From an uncultured Bacteroidales bacterium (lineage in GTDB: Bacteria > Bacteroidota > Bacteroidia > Bacteroidales > UBA932), in the NCBI GenBank assembly GCA_946415475.1, contig CAMKSQ010000004.1:898-64897 (forward strand): DNA of 64,000 nt, read 5' to 3'. Numbering within the stretch: the stretch's first letter is position 1; each line of letters begins with the position of its first letter. Shown here piece by piece: positions 63,002 to 64,000 of the stretch. The position numbers and the translations under genes were made by a program. The notes under the pieces were generated by a model. The model did no database searches. It was not told the DNA's origin and saw only the letters and a list, made by a program, of their open reading frames with translations.

Positions 63002-64000
63002 ATGGGTAAAATTATCGGTATCGACCTGGGAACCACTAATTCCTGCGTCGCTGTGATGGAAGGCAATCAGCCTACTGTCATCATCAACAACGAGGGGCAG
63101 CGTACTACCCCTTCCGTAGTGGCCTTCACCGACGGTGGTGAGCGTAAAATCGGCTCTCCGGCCAAGCGTCAGGCCATTACCAACCCGAACAATACCGTGT
63201 TCTCCATCAAGCGTTTCATGGGTGAGACCTATGATCAGGTGAACACCGAAGTAAGCCGCGTGCCCTACAAAGTGGTCCGTGGTGAGAACAACACCCCGCG
63301 CGTAGACATCAATGGTAAGCTGTACACGCCGCAGGAAATCTCCGCCATGATTCTGCAGAAGATGAAGAAGACGGCCGAGGAATACCTCCGTCAGGAAGTC
63401 ACGGAAGCGGTCATCACCGTTCCTGCATACTTCTCCGACTCGCAGCGTCAGGCCACCAAGGAGGCCGGCCGTATCGCCGGTCTGGATGTCAAGCGTATCA
63501 TCAACGAGCCCACGGCTGCCGCTCTGGCATACGGCCTGGACAAGAAGGAAAAAGATATGAAAGTGGCCGTGTACGACCTCGGCGGCGGTACCTTCGATAT
63601 CAGTATCCTCCAGCTTGGTGACGGCGTATTCGAGGTGCTCTCCACCAACGGTGACACCCACCTGGGCGGTGACGATTTCGACCAAGTCATCATCGACTGG
63701 CTCGCCAGCGAGTTCGCTGCCGAGAACGGCGGTATCGACCTCAAGAAGGATCCTATGGCCCTCCAGCGTCTGAAAGAGGCTGCAGAAAAAGCCAAGATCG
63801 AGCTCTCCAGCCAGACCTCCACGGAAATCAACCTTCCGTATATCATGCCGGTGGACGGCGTGCCCAAGCACCTGGCCAAGACGCTCACGCGTGCCAAGTT
63901 CGAGCAGCTGTCTGACGCCCTGTTCCAGCGCAGCATCGCCCCTTGCCGTCAGGCCCTTTCCGATGCTCACCTGAATCCTTCGGATATTGACGAAGTGCTG
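63002..64000 (+). CDS. dnaK: molecular chaperone DnaK (N-terminal 333 codons; runs off the right edge)
   Basis: Not in ORF track (no stop before window end). Translation from ATG 63002 gives [42 protein letters not shown]...[12 protein letters not shown], the Hsp70 signatures. Confidence 0.96.
   Translation, partial: MGKIIGIDLGTTNSCVAVMEGNQPTVIINNEGQRTTPSVVAFTDGGERKIGSPAKRQAITNPNNTVFSIKRFMGETYDQVNTEVSRVPYKVVRGENNTPRVDINGKLYTPQEISAMILQKMKKTAEEYLRQEVTEAVITVPAYFSDSQRQATKEAGRIAGLDVKRIINEPTAAALAYGLDKKEKDMKVAVYDLGGGTFDISILQLGDGVFEVLSTNGDTHLGGDDFDQVIIDWLASEFAAENGGIDLKKDPMALQRLKEAAEKAKIELSSQTSTEINLPYIMPVDGVPKHLAKTLTRAKFEQLSDALFQRSIAPCRQALSDAHLNPSDIDEVL

Overview
GC-rich chromosomal segment with clear Bacteroidota (Bacteroidales) hallmarks. 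These are many TTTG(-33)/TAnnTTTG(-7) promoters, almost no Shine-Dalgarno sites, and a TonB-dependent receptor + DUF4249 pair. A Rikenellaceae/Alistipes-like origin is only my guess from GC richness and gene content. I call 59 protein genes (two truncated by the window edges and absent from the ORF track) and 2 tRNAs (Val-CAC, Ser-CGA). I found no rRNA, CRISPR array, transposase or integrase.

Most of the window is core housekeeping: rpsO-pnp, tmk, rimP-nusA-infB, lpxD-lpxC-lpxA, gpmI, tilS, proS, dnaK, truB, rpiB, nnrD and hrpB. Interspersed are cell-wall recycling modules (amgK/murU; a YkfB/YkfC-like epimerase plus endopeptidase), a TolC-HlyD-ABC2-ABC2 efflux operon, peptidases and envelope proteins.

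Main observations:
- A hairpin-forming repeat with a 39/40-identical 40-nt core is inserted in-frame, in opposite orientations, inside two tRNA-modification genes (truB and tilS). This is RPE/MITE-like behaviour.
- Related GCGAAGCGA mini-hairpins sit in two operon spacers.
- A two-copy dual-hairpin element (TCGTCCT/AGGACGA) has strand-specific G-U pairs and may be a small RNA.
- A lipoprotein with Trp/Tyr/Pro repeats and a Ser/Arg/Gly/Tyr tail has a rare strong SD and is followed by an outer-membrane barrel gene.
- A BacNav-type channel carries an SGDDW filter.
- There are AmgK::RapZ-C and ICMT::HMA domain fusions.
- lpxC lacks the usual fabZ fusion.
- A low-GC islet with a DUF4143 ATPase lies beside tRNA-Ser.
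- Several promoters abut their ATG, implying leaderless mRNAs.

The many long antisense ORFs in the track are GC artefacts.
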